Shown one piece after another: positions 48,035-57,140 of a DNA stretch of 64,000 bases. Made by a program: the position numbers and the translations under genes. Source of the stretch: Candidatus Woesebacteria bacterium RIFCSPLOWO2_01_FULL_39_61 (lineage in GTDB: Bacteria > Patescibacteriota > Microgenomatia > UBA8517); NCBI GenBank assembly GCA_001793155.1, contig MGHI01000039.1, positions 1,119-65,118 of the forward strand, written 5' to 3'. The number at the start of each line of letters is the position of its first letter. The first letter of the stretch is position 1. The notes below the pieces were generated by a model. It did no database searches, was not told the DNA's origin, and worked only from the letters and a program-made list of their open reading frames with translations.

Positions 48035-49132
48035 ATGCGTATTAATAAAATTAGACTTTCAAATTTCAGAAACTTTAAGGCCCAAATTCTGGAGTTTTCG
48101 GAAAAAATCATTGTTATTGTTGGTCCAAATGCATCAGGTAAAACAAATATTATAGAGGCGATATTTCTTCTTTCTACCGGTAAGTCATTCCACGCTCGAG
48201 TCGAGGAAGAGATGGTTCACTACGAAGAGGAAATTGGACGAGTAAAAGGTTCGGTGGTAGAAGCTGACAAAGAAAGAGTCGGTACAAATCTGGAGGTAAT
48301 CTTGACCCGCGGTGAAATTACAGTTGGTGTATCTCCCAAAAAAACCGAAAGGATTGCAAGGAAAAAATTGGTCGTTAATGGAGTTGCCCGGCGTCTGGTT
48401 GATTTTGCCGGGAGGTTCAAGGTGGTACTTTTTGGGCCTTGGGACATGAGTATCGTAACCGGACCCCCAACGCTTAGAAGGAATTTTTTGGACACAGTGC
48501 TATCGCAGGTTGACAGAGAGTATAGAAGGGCCTCCCTTTCCTATGAGAAAGGCCTAAGACAAAGAAACAGACTACTTTTCAGGATCAGAGAAGAAGGATT
48601 ATCGAGAAGCCAGCTTCTTTTTTGGGACCAACTTCTTATCAAAAACGGCAATTATCTAACCCAAAGGCGTGAAGATTTTATTGGTTTTGCAAATAAACGA
48701 CCATCTTTAAATAACCAAGTTTTTAATATTGAATACGACAAAAGTATCATCAGTCAGACCAGGCTGGAGCAGTATAAAGACGAGGAAGTTGCTGCCGCAA
48801 CTACACTGGTCGGACCCCACAGAGATGACTTCATCTTCAAAATCCAAAATCCAAATTCCAAATTCCAAAAAGAAAGAGAACTGAGCAGGTACGGGAGTAG
48901 GGGGGAACAGAGGATGGGTATCTTGTGGCTCAAAATAGCCGAGCTTTCTTTTATCGAGAGCGAATCCGAAGATAAACCGACTCTTTTATTGGACGATATT
49001 TTCTCTGAACTTGATCACGAACACAGAAAGATTGTTTTGGACGTTTCCAAAAACCAACAGACGATCATTACAACGGCTGATCCTCATTATATTGAAGAAT
49101 TTGAGAAAATTGAAATAATTAAGCTAAAGTGA
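48035..49132 (+). CDS. recF: DNA replication and repair protein RecF
   Basis: Walker A GPNASGKTN, signature and D-loop LLLDDIFSELD. Confidence 0.85.
   Translation: MRINKIRLSNFRNFKAQILEFSEKIIVIVGPNASGKTNIIEAIFLLSTGKSFHARVEEEMVHYEEEIGRVKGSVVEADKERVGTNLEVILTRGEITVGVSPKKTERIARKKLVVNGVARRLVDFAGRFKVVLFGPWDMSIVTGPPTLRRNFLDTVLSQVDREYRRASLSYEKGLRQRNRLLFRIREEGLSRSQLLFWDQLLIKNGNYLTQRREDFIGFANKRPSLNNQVFNIEYDKSIISQTRLEQYKDEEVAAATTLVGPHRDDFIFKIQNPNSKFQKERELSRYGSRGEQRMGILWLKIAELSFIESESEDKPTLLLDDIFSELDHEHRKIVLDVSKNQQTIITTADPHYIEEFEKIEIIKLK
48836..48870. repeat. heptanucleotide tract (TTCAAAA TCCAAAA TCCAAAT TCCAAAT TCCAAAA) inside recF
   Basis: Read directly; encodes an N/K/Q-rich loop (KIQNPNSKFQKE). Confidence 0.8.
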
Positions 49133-49146
49133 AATTATATGGAGCT

Positions 49147-49482
49147 TTATTCTTTGTCGTCTTTTTCTGCAAATTTGCTTAGGTTATAAGTGACCATCAC
49201 AGCCAGTGCAGTTACCAATATCGCATAAACCAGAAGAGAAACGAGTCCTGATCCCTCCCCGAAGTATGGCTTAACATAAATATTGACCACCTCCTTGATC
49301 AATTCGTTCCAGGCTAACGCCGCAACCAATCCAAAACCGCTTGTAACCAACTTTAAAGTTCTTTCCGCAAATTGCTTTTTGAATTTACTGGCCTCGTTTT
49401 TCAATTTTGACTGAAGAGCTTTGGTTTCCTCTTTTTGCTCTTTCAACTCTTTCTGGAGCTTAAGTTCTTTAAGGGTAGCCAT
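49147..49482 (-). CDS. hypothetical membrane protein
   Basis: ORF track 49147..49557 trimmed to Met (MATLKEL); C-terminal TM helices. Confidence 0.45.
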   Translation of the reverse strand: MATLKELKLQKELKEQKEETKALQSKLKNEASKFKKQFAERTLKLVTSGFGLVAALAWNELIKEVVNIYVKPYFGEGSGLVSLLVYAILVTALAVMVTYNLSKFAEKDDKE

Positions 49483-49507
49483 GGTTAGTGATAGTATATT
49501 GAGAGAA

Positions 49508-49583
49508 GTAATAAGTGACAAGTAACAAGCGACAAGATTTAGATATTGGAGGGACAACTTGTTACCTGTTACATGTTACTTAG
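49508..49583. repeat. solo inverted repeat of heptad units (GTGACAA/GTAACAA arms, 21-nt spacer)
   Basis: gtaataagtgacaagtaacaagcgacaag ... cttgttacctgttacatgttacttag. Confidence 0.75.
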
Positions 49584-50478
49584 AATTTTTGATAAGTCTG
49601 ATTTAATTAAACTCTACAAACCCCATCCAGAATCTTCAGGGGAAGATAATGGGCAGGTAACGATCGTCGGAGGATCCAAGCTTTTCCACGGAGCGCCGCT
49701 TTTATCTTTGACGACTGCTTCCAGAATTGTGGACATGGTCTTTTTTGCAACACCCGAGAAAAGCGTTGGGATGATCGCAGAAAAGTTAAAATCCAAATTA
49801 CTTTCGTTCATCTGGACACCTTGGGAGGATGTTGAATCCTATATCGAAAAGTCTGACGCCGTACTTATCGGACCCGGATTTATGCGTTTTGGAAGTGAGA
49901 GTACTTCCGAGGACGATCGTGATTTTTCAAACCACAATGAAGGGAAACAATCCAGGGGAATAACGGAAAGACTTTTAAAGAAGTTTCCCGACAAGCGCTG
50001 GGTAATTGATGCGGGGAGCTTGCAGACTATGGACGAAAGTTGGATTCCCAACGATTCTGTTCTCACCCCCAACGTTAAAGAGTTCGAATTGCTTTTCAAA
50101 ATGAAAAATCAAATATCAAATATTAAAGATTCAAATCAAAAATCAAAAATTGTTTTGGAAAAGGCCAAAGAACACAATTGTATTCTTGTTTTAAAGGGTC
50201 CTGAAACCGTCGTTTGTTCACCGGAAGAATGCGTTGTAGTTAGGGGAGGCAATCCGGGGATGTCAAAAGGAGGTACGGGTGATGTTTTGGCCGGATTAAC
50301 CGTTGCACTTTTAGCCAAAAACGAACCCTTTTTAGCGGCGTCCTGTGCAAGTTATATTGAAAAGGCTGCAGCTGATGAACTTTATAAAAAAGTCGGAACC
50401 AACTATAACGCCGATGATTTAACCAATAAAATTCCAGAAACCTTTTATAATTTACTAAATAATAAAGACCTACCCTGA
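49573..50478 (+). CDS. ADP/ATP-dependent NAD(P)H-hydrate dehydratase (YjeF C-terminal domain, Nnr2)
   Basis: GGS..F.GAPLL, DADAL-like, GGTGDVLAG motifs; ORF track 49546.. trimmed to the ATG. Confidence 0.8.
   Translation: MLLRIFDKSDLIKLYKPHPESSGEDNGQVTIVGGSKLFHGAPLLSLTTASRIVDMVFFATPEKSVGMIAEKLKSKLLSFIWTPWEDVESYIEKSDAVLIGPGFMRFGSESTSEDDRDFSNHNEGKQSRGITERLLKKFPDKRWVIDAGSLQTMDESWIPNDSVLTPNVKEFELLFKMKNQISNIKDSNQKSKIVLEKAKEHNCILVLKGPETVVCSPEECVVVRGGNPGMSKGGTGDVLAGLTVALLAKNEPFLAASCASYIEKAAADELYKKVGTNYNADDLTNKIPETFYNLLNNKDLP
50104..50152. repeat. A-rich heptad tract (7 units, AAATATC/CAAATCA-like) inside the nnr CDS
   Basis: Read directly; encodes NQISNIKDSNQKSKI. Confidence 0.7.
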
Positions 50479-50522
50479 GCGAAGCCGAAGGGTTGTTTTT
50501 TCCGCAGAATCTCCGTAAGATA

Positions 50523-50551
50523 GTAACAAGTGACAGGTAACAAGTAAAAAG
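50523..50551. repeat. left inverted-repeat arm (GTAACAA GTGACAG GTAACAA GTAAAAA) ending 3 nt before the four-helix-bundle gene ATG
   Basis: Read directly. Confidence 0.8.
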
Positions 50552-50553
50552 TT

Positions 50554-50925
50554 ATGGAAAAAGCTGGAATAAAACCTGTTGGATACGAGAAACTATTGGC
50601 CTGGCAGGTAGCAGATGAATTCGCGCGGGAAGTTTATTTGTTAACAGATTCTTTTCCTAAACATGAAGTGTATGGTTTGATATCACAATTAAGGCGTGCA
50701 GCACTATCAGTCCCGCTAAATATAGTTGAAGGTCATTCTAGATACAATAAAAACGAATTTCGTAATTTTTTGAGGATTGCTTTAGGATCTCTTGCAGAGA
50801 GTGATTATCTTCTTAAATTTGCTCTTAAAAGAAAGTATATTTCAGATAGTGATTACAAAAAAGTATCCATCTTGCGCGAGAAATGCGGCAAGTTACTTTG
50901 GAGCTTGATGAAATCGCAAAAATAA
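50554..50925 (+). CDS. four-helix-bundle protein (TIGR02436-type), second copy
   Basis: LLAWQ...FPKHE.YGLISQLRRAALS...NIVEG motif series. Confidence 0.85.
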   Translation: MEKAGIKPVGYEKLLAWQVADEFAREVYLLTDSFPKHEVYGLISQLRRAALSVPLNIVEGHSRYNKNEFRNFLRIALGSLAESDYLLKFALKRKYISDSDYKKVSILREKCGKLLWSLMKSQK

Positions 50926-50933
50926 TATTTAAA

Positions 50934-50960
50934 ACCTGTTACATGCTACTTGTTACTTAA
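50934..50960. repeat. right inverted-repeat arm (reverse complement of GTAACAA-type units)
   Basis: acctgttacatgctacttgttacttaa. Confidence 0.8.
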
Positions 50961-50967
50961 AACTGAG

Positions 50968-52029
50968 ATGTATTTTCCGAAGTTTACTATTACCAATAAA
51001 ACTCTGAAGAGTATAGGCCAAATCGAGGCAGCCAAAGAAGTAATAGAAAACGCACCCCTTGTTCCTTACTACGAAAAACAATTTCAGTCCGAGGCAATAG
51101 CTCGGATGGTTCACCACGGAACCCACATTGAAGGGAATGAACTCTCATTGGAACAAACCAGAAAAATTTTGGAAGGTGAAAACGTTGTAGCTTATGAAAG
51201 AGACATTCAAGAGGTAATAAATTATCGTAATGTCATGAACCTTTTGGAAGAACTCGTTCACAAAAGGGGAGGATACGATCTTCAAGGTTTAATCGACATC
51301 CATAAAGAAACTGTTAACAAAATTGTTCCTGATGAAAAAGTGGGGGTTTTAAGAAACACACAAGTTGTCATCAAGGAAGAAGGAAGCGGAGAGGTGATTT
51401 TACAGCCACCACCTTATATTGAAGTTCCGTATCTTATCGATGACTTTCTGGAATGGTTAAACGCAACAATCGCGAAAGAAATTCATCCGATAATCCGAGC
51501 TGGTATTGCACACTACATTTTGGTTGCCATTCATCCCTTTGTCGAAGGGAACGGGCGCACGATCAGAGCTTTCTCGAATTTGATTTTAATGCGCGAGGGC
51601 TATGACATAAAGCGTTTTTTTGCCTTGGAGGAGCACTTTGACGGAGATTTGAGCACTTACTATGAAGCTCTAGCCTTGGTCGATAGACAATCAAAAAATA
51701 TCGCTGCGAGGGATTTAACCAGCTGGCTTGAGTATTTTACCGGAGTCGTTGCTATAGAGCTATCCAAAATTAAAGAGAAGGTCAGGAAAATTTCCATAGA
51801 CACAAAGTTAAAAAGTAAAATTGGCGAACAGATTGCACTAACCGAAAGACAAATGAAACTGGTCGAATATCTTTCCGAAAATAATTCGGCCGGAATGCAG
51901 GAGTTGAGAAGGACGCTTCCAATGGTTTCCGAAGATACAATTTTAAGAGATGTTACAGATCTTATGGAAAAGAAAATCATCAAAAAGCAAGGAAAAACTA
52001 AAGCGTCGAGGTATATAATAAATAAATAA
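50968..52029 (+). CDS. Fic/DOC-family protein with a C-terminal winged-helix domain
   Basis: Fic motif HPFVEGNGRTIR. Confidence 0.8.
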   Translation: MYFPKFTITNKTLKSIGQIEAAKEVIENAPLVPYYEKQFQSEAIARMVHHGTHIEGNELSLEQTRKILEGENVVAYERDIQEVINYRNVMNLLEELVHKRGGYDLQGLIDIHKETVNKIVPDEKVGVLRNTQVVIKEEGSGEVILQPPPYIEVPYLIDDFLEWLNATIAKEIHPIIRAGIAHYILVAIHPFVEGNGRTIRAFSNLILMREGYDIKRFFALEEHFDGDLSTYYEALALVDRQSKNIAARDLTSWLEYFTGVVAIELSKIKEKVRKISIDTKLKSKIGEQIALTERQMKLVEYLSENNSAGMQELRRTLPMVSEDTILRDVTDLMEKKIIKKQGKTKASRYIINK

Positions 52030-52055
52030 ATTTAAAAAAATTAAGTACCAAAAAT

Positions 52056-52130
52056 AAAAATGTAATTTAAAATGTAAATTTTGGATTTTTATTTTTCATT
52101 TTGCGCTTTGCATTTTTGATTTTTGAATTA
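52056..52130. repeat. AT-rich intergenic block of heptad units (minus-strand reading TCAAAAA TCAAAAA TGCAAAG CGCAAAA TGAAAAA ... TCCAAAA)
   Basis: Read directly; same unit family as the recF and nnr tracts. Confidence 0.65.
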
Positions 52131-52136
52131 ATCACT

Positions 52137-52340
52137 ATGTCGCCTAACGACCCACAGTTTTTATATATGATTTTGATACTACCTTCTCTTTTTGGTTTGA
52201 CACTGGTTGGTGACGGTCTCAATAAGTTAATCCACGAAGAATCGGGTGGTCTTATAAGCATCGTCTTCGGTCTTATTTTTATCGCGGTTGTTATCTTTTC
52301 TTACCTTTTTTTCTCCACATACTTAACCCACCAGGTTTAA
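52137..52340 (+). CDS. small membrane protein
   Basis: ORF track 52101.. trimmed to the ATG; two hydrophobic helices. Confidence 0.4.
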   Translation: MSPNDPQFLYMILILPSLFGLTLVGDGLNKLIHEESGGLISIVFGLIFIAVVIFSYLFFSTYLTHQV

Positions 52341-52382
52341 AAAACTTCGGGATACAAGGTATAAAAGGTATAATAGGTTGTC

Positions 52383-54095
52383 ATGAAATTTGAAAAACTA
52401 TCAGTTTATTTGGACAAACTGGAAAAAACTTCCTCGAGAATTGAGATTACAAAAATTTTGGCTGATCTTTTTAAGGAAGCAAGGTATGAAGAGATCGATA
52501 AAATAGTCTATCTGCTTCTGGGAAGTCTGGCTCCAAGTTACGAAGGCGTTGTCTTTAATTTGGCCGAAAGAATGATGATGAGAATATTAGCCAAGGCCTT
52601 TGGAAAAGAAGTCGATTATGTTACCAGGCTTTATAAACAAAAAGGCGATTTGGGAGAAGTTGCACAAGAATTAGCAACAACAAAGGGGACAAATATATCC
52701 GTGAGCGAGATTTATGAAAAACTTTTAGCTATCGCCCAGGAGCATGGTGATGCGAGTCAGGAAAGAAAAATAAACGAAACAGCGAATGTTTTATCAATGC
52801 TTGATCCACTATCTGCACGGTTTGTAGCGAGAATTCCGGTAGGGCGGCTTCGTCTCGGATTTTCCGATAAAACAATACTTGATGCTTTATCCTGGATGGA
52901 AACCGGGGGAAAAAGCAAAAAGGCTGATTTGGAAAGCGCTTACAATATCCGTCCCGACGTTGGGCTATTAGCAAGGATGGTTAAAGAGAGGGGAATTGAA
53001 AAAGCTGCAAAGGAGATAGATCCCCACATTGGAGTTCCAATTATGCCAATGCTTGCTCAAAGGCTCAAAAGTCCGTCCGAAATGATTGAGAAGATGAAAC
53101 GGGTATATGTTGAGCCAAAATTTGACGGGCTTAGAATTCAAATTCACTATAAAAAAAGCGGATTTGATAACGGAAAGCGAGTAAAAGCCTTTACCAGAAA
53201 CCTAAATGAAACCTCATGGATGTTTCCCGAGTTGAATGAAATTGAAAAACAAATTGCCGCAGATGATGTAATTTTGGATTCCGAGGCGATCGGAGTTGAT
53301 GAGGAGAGGAAGACCCTGGCTAATTTTCAGACGACCATGACCCGAAGGCGAAAACACGATATTGAACAAATTGCCGCCAAAATGAAAATTAGATTTTATG
53401 TTTTTGATCTGATGCTGAAAAATCAGAAGAGTTTAATCAATGAGACTTATATCAAAAGGCGCGAAGAATTAGATAAAACGATAAAGAAAGGTAATGTATT
53501 GCAGGTTGTTAATTATGAAGTAACCGAAAGATCTGAAAGAATAAACGAGTTGATGCGCAAAGAACTAAAGGAAGGAATGGAGGGAATTATTGTTAAGCGT
53601 GCAGACAGCAGTTACATTGCTGGCAGGACAGGCTGGCGCTGGGTAAAAATGAAAGAGGAAGAAACCTCGTATGCCAAGCTTGCAGATACCATTGACTGTG
53701 TTGTAATGGGATATTCCGCGGGTCGGGGTAAAAGGGTTGGTTTTGGTCTGGGACAATTTCTAGTGGGAGTAAGAGACGGCGATGAAGTTAAAACGGTTAC
53801 TAAAGTAGGAACAGGGTTAACAGATGAGCAATTTAGAGAGCTTAAGAGGCGTTTAAAGGGATTGGAAGTCAAAGAAAAACCCAAAAATTATCTAGTAAAT
53901 AAACTTTTGGAACCGGACTATTGGGTTACGCCCGAGATCGTAGTCGAAATCGCAGCCGACGAAATTACCAAAAGCCCGACCCACACAGCCGGCCTAGCCC
54001 TAAGGTTTCCAAGATTAATTAAATTTAGAGACGATAAGAGTTATGAAGAAGCAACTACTGTTGGGGAATTAAAGAATCTTTTTAAATTACAATGA
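52383..54095 (+). CDS. ATP-dependent DNA ligase
   Basis: KxDG adenylation motif (KFDGLR), EGIIVK motif, OB domain. Confidence 0.85.
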   Translation: MKFEKLSVYLDKLEKTSSRIEITKILADLFKEARYEEIDKIVYLLLGSLAPSYEGVVFNLAERMMMRILAKAFGKEVDYVTRLYKQKGDLGEVAQELATTKGTNISVSEIYEKLLAIAQEHGDASQERKINETANVLSMLDPLSARFVARIPVGRLRLGFSDKTILDALSWMETGGKSKKADLESAYNIRPDVGLLARMVKERGIEKAAKEIDPHIGVPIMPMLAQRLKSPSEMIEKMKRVYVEPKFDGLRIQIHYKKSGFDNGKRVKAFTRNLNETSWMFPELNEIEKQIAADDVILDSEAIGVDEERKTLANFQTTMTRRRKHDIEQIAAKMKIRFYVFDLMLKNQKSLINETYIKRREELDKTIKKGNVLQVVNYEVTERSERINELMRKELKEGMEGIIVKRADSSYIAGRTGWRWVKMKEEETSYAKLADTIDCVVMGYSAGRGKRVGFGLGQFLVGVRDGDEVKTVTKVGTGLTDEQFRELKRRLKGLEVKEKPKNYLVNKLLEPDYWVTPEIVVEIAADEITKSPTHTAGLALRFPRLIKFRDDKSYEEATTVGELKNLFKLQ

Positions 54096-54517
54096 CATCG
54101 AAAATGCGAAAAGTACCAAAAATAGTTACACTCTTTATTTTGAATTCCGAAAATAAACTCCTCATAGTTAAAAGAAGTAAAAATAAATGGATTCTTGCGG
54201 ATAAGTGGGGATATCCGGGTGGAGTAATGGAAAAAGGTGAAACCACAGAGACCGCAGTTCATAGGGAAGTAGTACCTAAAGTAGGTTTCGATGTGACAAT
54301 AGCGAATATTGGAAAGAAACAAAGGATGATTTTGAGTAACAAAGAAGTTGATGTAATACCAGTTTTATGTAGGTCAGACTCATCAGAAGTTAAATTGAAT
54401 TATAAAAATAGTAAATACAAATGGATAGATCCGAAAGAACTATTGACCTACAACTTGGGTGTCAAAAAAGATTTTGTTATAAAAATGACAAAATCTGTAG
54501 GATTGATAATTCAGTGA
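54092..54517 (+). CDS. NUDIX hydrolase
   Basis: GYPGGVMEKGETTETAVHREV..KVG approximates a Nudix box. Confidence 0.6.
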   Translation: MTSKMRKVPKIVTLFILNSENKLLIVKRSKNKWILADKWGYPGGVMEKGETTETAVHREVVPKVGFDVTIANIGKKQRMILSNKEVDVIPVLCRSDSSEVKLNYKNSKYKWIDPKELLTYNLGVKKDFVIKMTKSVGLIIQ

Positions 54518-54659
54518 GTAAAATTGAAAACTTTTCAAGCACCAAAAATCTTAAAAATATCCAAGGTGTGAAGCAATATCACCTTAAAGTTGCATTGTTA
54601 AATTGTTACATGGCTATATTGTTTTGGGTTTAAAAACGAAACTCGTGTTAATATGAAAT

Positions 54660-57140
54660 ATGCCCGAGAATTATTCAGGCTTGCCTTCAAAAGAGGCTGA
54701 AAAGCGACAAAAGGAATATGGTAAAAATGTATTACCGGAAAAACCACCACCACCTTCTTTAAGCATATTTTTTTCCCAGTTTAGAAATCCGCTTGTCTAC
54801 GTTTTATTGGTTGCCGGGATTGTGACGTTTTTCCTGGGAGATTACTCAGATACGCTAATTATTTTTTTTGTTGTTTTGGTAAATTCGATTTTAGGCTATT
54901 TTCAAGAACAAAAAGCCAGTAAAGCTCTAGCCTCTTTAAAGGCCCTAGTTCATCCAACGGCTGATGTTATAAGAGACGGTAAGGAAGTAAGAATTGATGT
55001 AACCGAGGTGGTACCTGGTGATATTGTCGAATTAGAACTAGGCGATAAAATACCCGCTGATGGCAAGCTGGTAAGTGCAAATAGGTTATTTATCGAGGAA
55101 GCAATATTAACGGGCGAATCAATGCCTGTTGAAAAGACAGAAGGGAAGGAAGTTTTTATGGGAACGATAGTAGCATCCGGTGAAGGTTTGATGGAGGTTA
55201 GTGCAATCGCTGCCAGTACTGAGATGGGTAAAATTGCTGTTTCTGTTCAAAAACCCCACGAAGATACACCACTAACCATTCAGCTTAAAATTTTTAGCAG
55301 TCAACTTACGTTATTGGTGATAATTCTTACTGTATTTGTTTTTTCTATCGGATTTATTACAAGTAAGGATTTGGTCGAGATGTTTAAGACTTCGGTTGCA
55401 TTGGCAGTGTCATCAATTCCCGAAGGGCTTTTAATTGCTTTAACTGTTGTTTTGGCTGTTGGGATGCAAAGAATATTGAAAAAGAAAGGACTGGTGAGAA
55501 ATTTGGTATCAGCGGAAACCTTGGGAGGTGTAACCACAATTTGTGTCGACAAAACAGGAACGTTAACTTACGGGAAACTAGAGGTGGTCGAAGAGTACGG
55601 CGACAATGAAAATATCTGTCTTCAGCATTTTGCATCTCAAGAGGATCCAATAATGGTTGCAGCCAAAGAATGGCTGGAAAAACATTCAGAACACTTTAAT
55701 GAAATCGGAAGGACATTTAACAGAGAATGCAGGTTAATCGATTCGATTCCTTTTACCCCACAAAATAGGTTTTACGCCACACTTATCGAGCACGAGGATA
55801 ATAACAAAGAGATTTATGTTAATGGCGCACCCGAGCATTTATTAGAGTGGTCGACGTTAGCTGGCGATAGGCAAAAAGAAATAAGAGATAAGATAAAATC
55901 TCTCACAAAAGAGGGGCGGAGGGTAATAGGCATGGCCAAAAAAGACGTACCCGAAAGCACAGAGAAGGTCACAGAAGAAATGGTAAAAGAAAATATCGAA
56001 TGGGTTGGTCTTTTGGTTTTTACCGATCCTGTAAGAAAGGGAGTGGGGGATGCGTTTAAGCAAACAAAAGATGCTGGCATAAAGACAATTCTCATAACTG
56101 GAGATTATGCCGAGACGGCCCTTGCGGTAATGAGCGAGCTTAAGATTGAGGTGGGAAGCGGTAGAGTTATCAAGGGTGACGAGTTGGAGAAAATGTCCGA
56201 GGAAGAGGTCTCCGTCAAATTAAGGGATATGTACAAAGAAGACAAAGGAGCAGTTTTGTTTGCAAGAACTCGCCCTGAACAAAAGTTAAAGGTAATTAAT
56301 GCCTTAAAGAAAAACGGCGAGGTAGTAGCAATGATGGGCGACGGTGTTAATGACGCTCCCGCATTACACCGCGCCGATATCGGAATTGTCGTTGGGGACG
56401 CAACCGACGTTGCCAAAGAATCGGCGGATCTTGTTCTTCTTGATTCCAGTTTCGAGACGATTGTCGAAACTATAAAAGAAGGAAGAGGTATTTTTGATAA
56501 CATCAGAAAGATTATTCTTTATCTTTTGTGCGACTCTTTCGGGGAAATTATTGCTGTTGTTGGTACGCTAATTATGGGATTACCTCTTCCCGTAACCGCC
56601 GTGCAAATACTTTGGATTAATATTGTTTCTGACGGATTTCCCCATCTTTCTCTAACGGTTGACCCGAAAGCCAAGGGAATAATGCAGAGACCTCCAAGAA
56701 ACCCTTCCGTAAATATAGTTGCTAATTGGATGAAGATACTGATCTTCATGGTATCTGTTGCCGCGGGTGTTATAGCACTTTTTCTTTTTAACACGAATTT
56801 AAATGCAACTGGTAATGAAGTGCTGTCAAGAAGTATCGCGTTTGCTGCCCTTGGAGTAAATTCCTTAGTTTACGTTTTTTCAGTAAGAACGCTGACTGAA
56901 CCTTTTTGGAGCGAAAACCCTTTTGATAATAAATGGTTGAACCTTGCAGTTATCGTCGGCCTCTTTTTCCAAGTTTTGCCATTTTCAACCCCTTTGCTAC
57001 GGAACTTTTTTGAACTTGAAGTTTTAAGCTTCAGCCAATGGGTGGTGGTTTTCGGCGCGTCACTATTTATGTTTATAATAATAGAGATTTCAAAAGTTAT
57101 ATTTAGAAGTTATTTGAAAACGCACTCAGAAGCAACATGA
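54660..57140 (+). CDS. P-type cation-transporting ATPase (type IIA/IIB-like, Ca2+/Mg2+)
   Basis: DKTGTLT phosphorylation site, TGES, MMGDGVNDAPAL hinge. Confidence 0.9.
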   Translation: MPENYSGLPSKEAEKRQKEYGKNVLPEKPPPPSLSIFFSQFRNPLVYVLLVAGIVTFFLGDYSDTLIIFFVVLVNSILGYFQEQKASKALASLKALVHPTADVIRDGKEVRIDVTEVVPGDIVELELGDKIPADGKLVSANRLFIEEAILTGESMPVEKTEGKEVFMGTIVASGEGLMEVSAIAASTEMGKIAVSVQKPHEDTPLTIQLKIFSSQLTLLVIILTVFVFSIGFITSKDLVEMFKTSVALAVSSIPEGLLIALTVVLAVGMQRILKKKGLVRNLVSAETLGGVTTICVDKTGTLTYGKLEVVEEYGDNENICLQHFASQEDPIMVAAKEWLEKHSEHFNEIGRTFNRECRLIDSIPFTPQNRFYATLIEHEDNNKEIYVNGAPEHLLEWSTLAGDRQKEIRDKIKSLTKEGRRVIGMAKKDVPESTEKVTEEMVKENIEWVGLLVFTDPVRKGVGDAFKQTKDAGIKTILITGDYAETALAVMSELKIEVGSGRVIKGDELEKMSEEEVSVKLRDMYKEDKGAVLFARTRPEQKLKVINALKKNGEVVAMMGDGVNDAPALHRADIGIVVGDATDVAKESADLVLLDSSFETIVETIKEGRGIFDNIRKIILYLLCDSFGEIIAVVGTLIMGLPLPVTAVQILWINIVSDGFPHLSLTVDPKAKGIMQRPPRNPSVNIVANWMKILIFMVSVAAGVIALFLFNTNLNATGNEVLSRSIAFAALGVNSLVYVFSVRTLTEPFWSENPFDNKWLNLAVIVGLFFQVLPFSTPLLRNFFELEVLSFSQWVVVFGASLFMFIIIEISKVIFRSYLKTHSEAT

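Noticed and set aside
49546-49572. ORF-track 5' extensions using non-ATG starts (49546, 58126, 17143, 22039, 37557, 52101, 61152, 61756)
   Set aside because: The extensions run through repeat arms or upstream gene ends. In-frame ATGs with better context lie just downstream, so the starts were trimmed, with moderate confidence.
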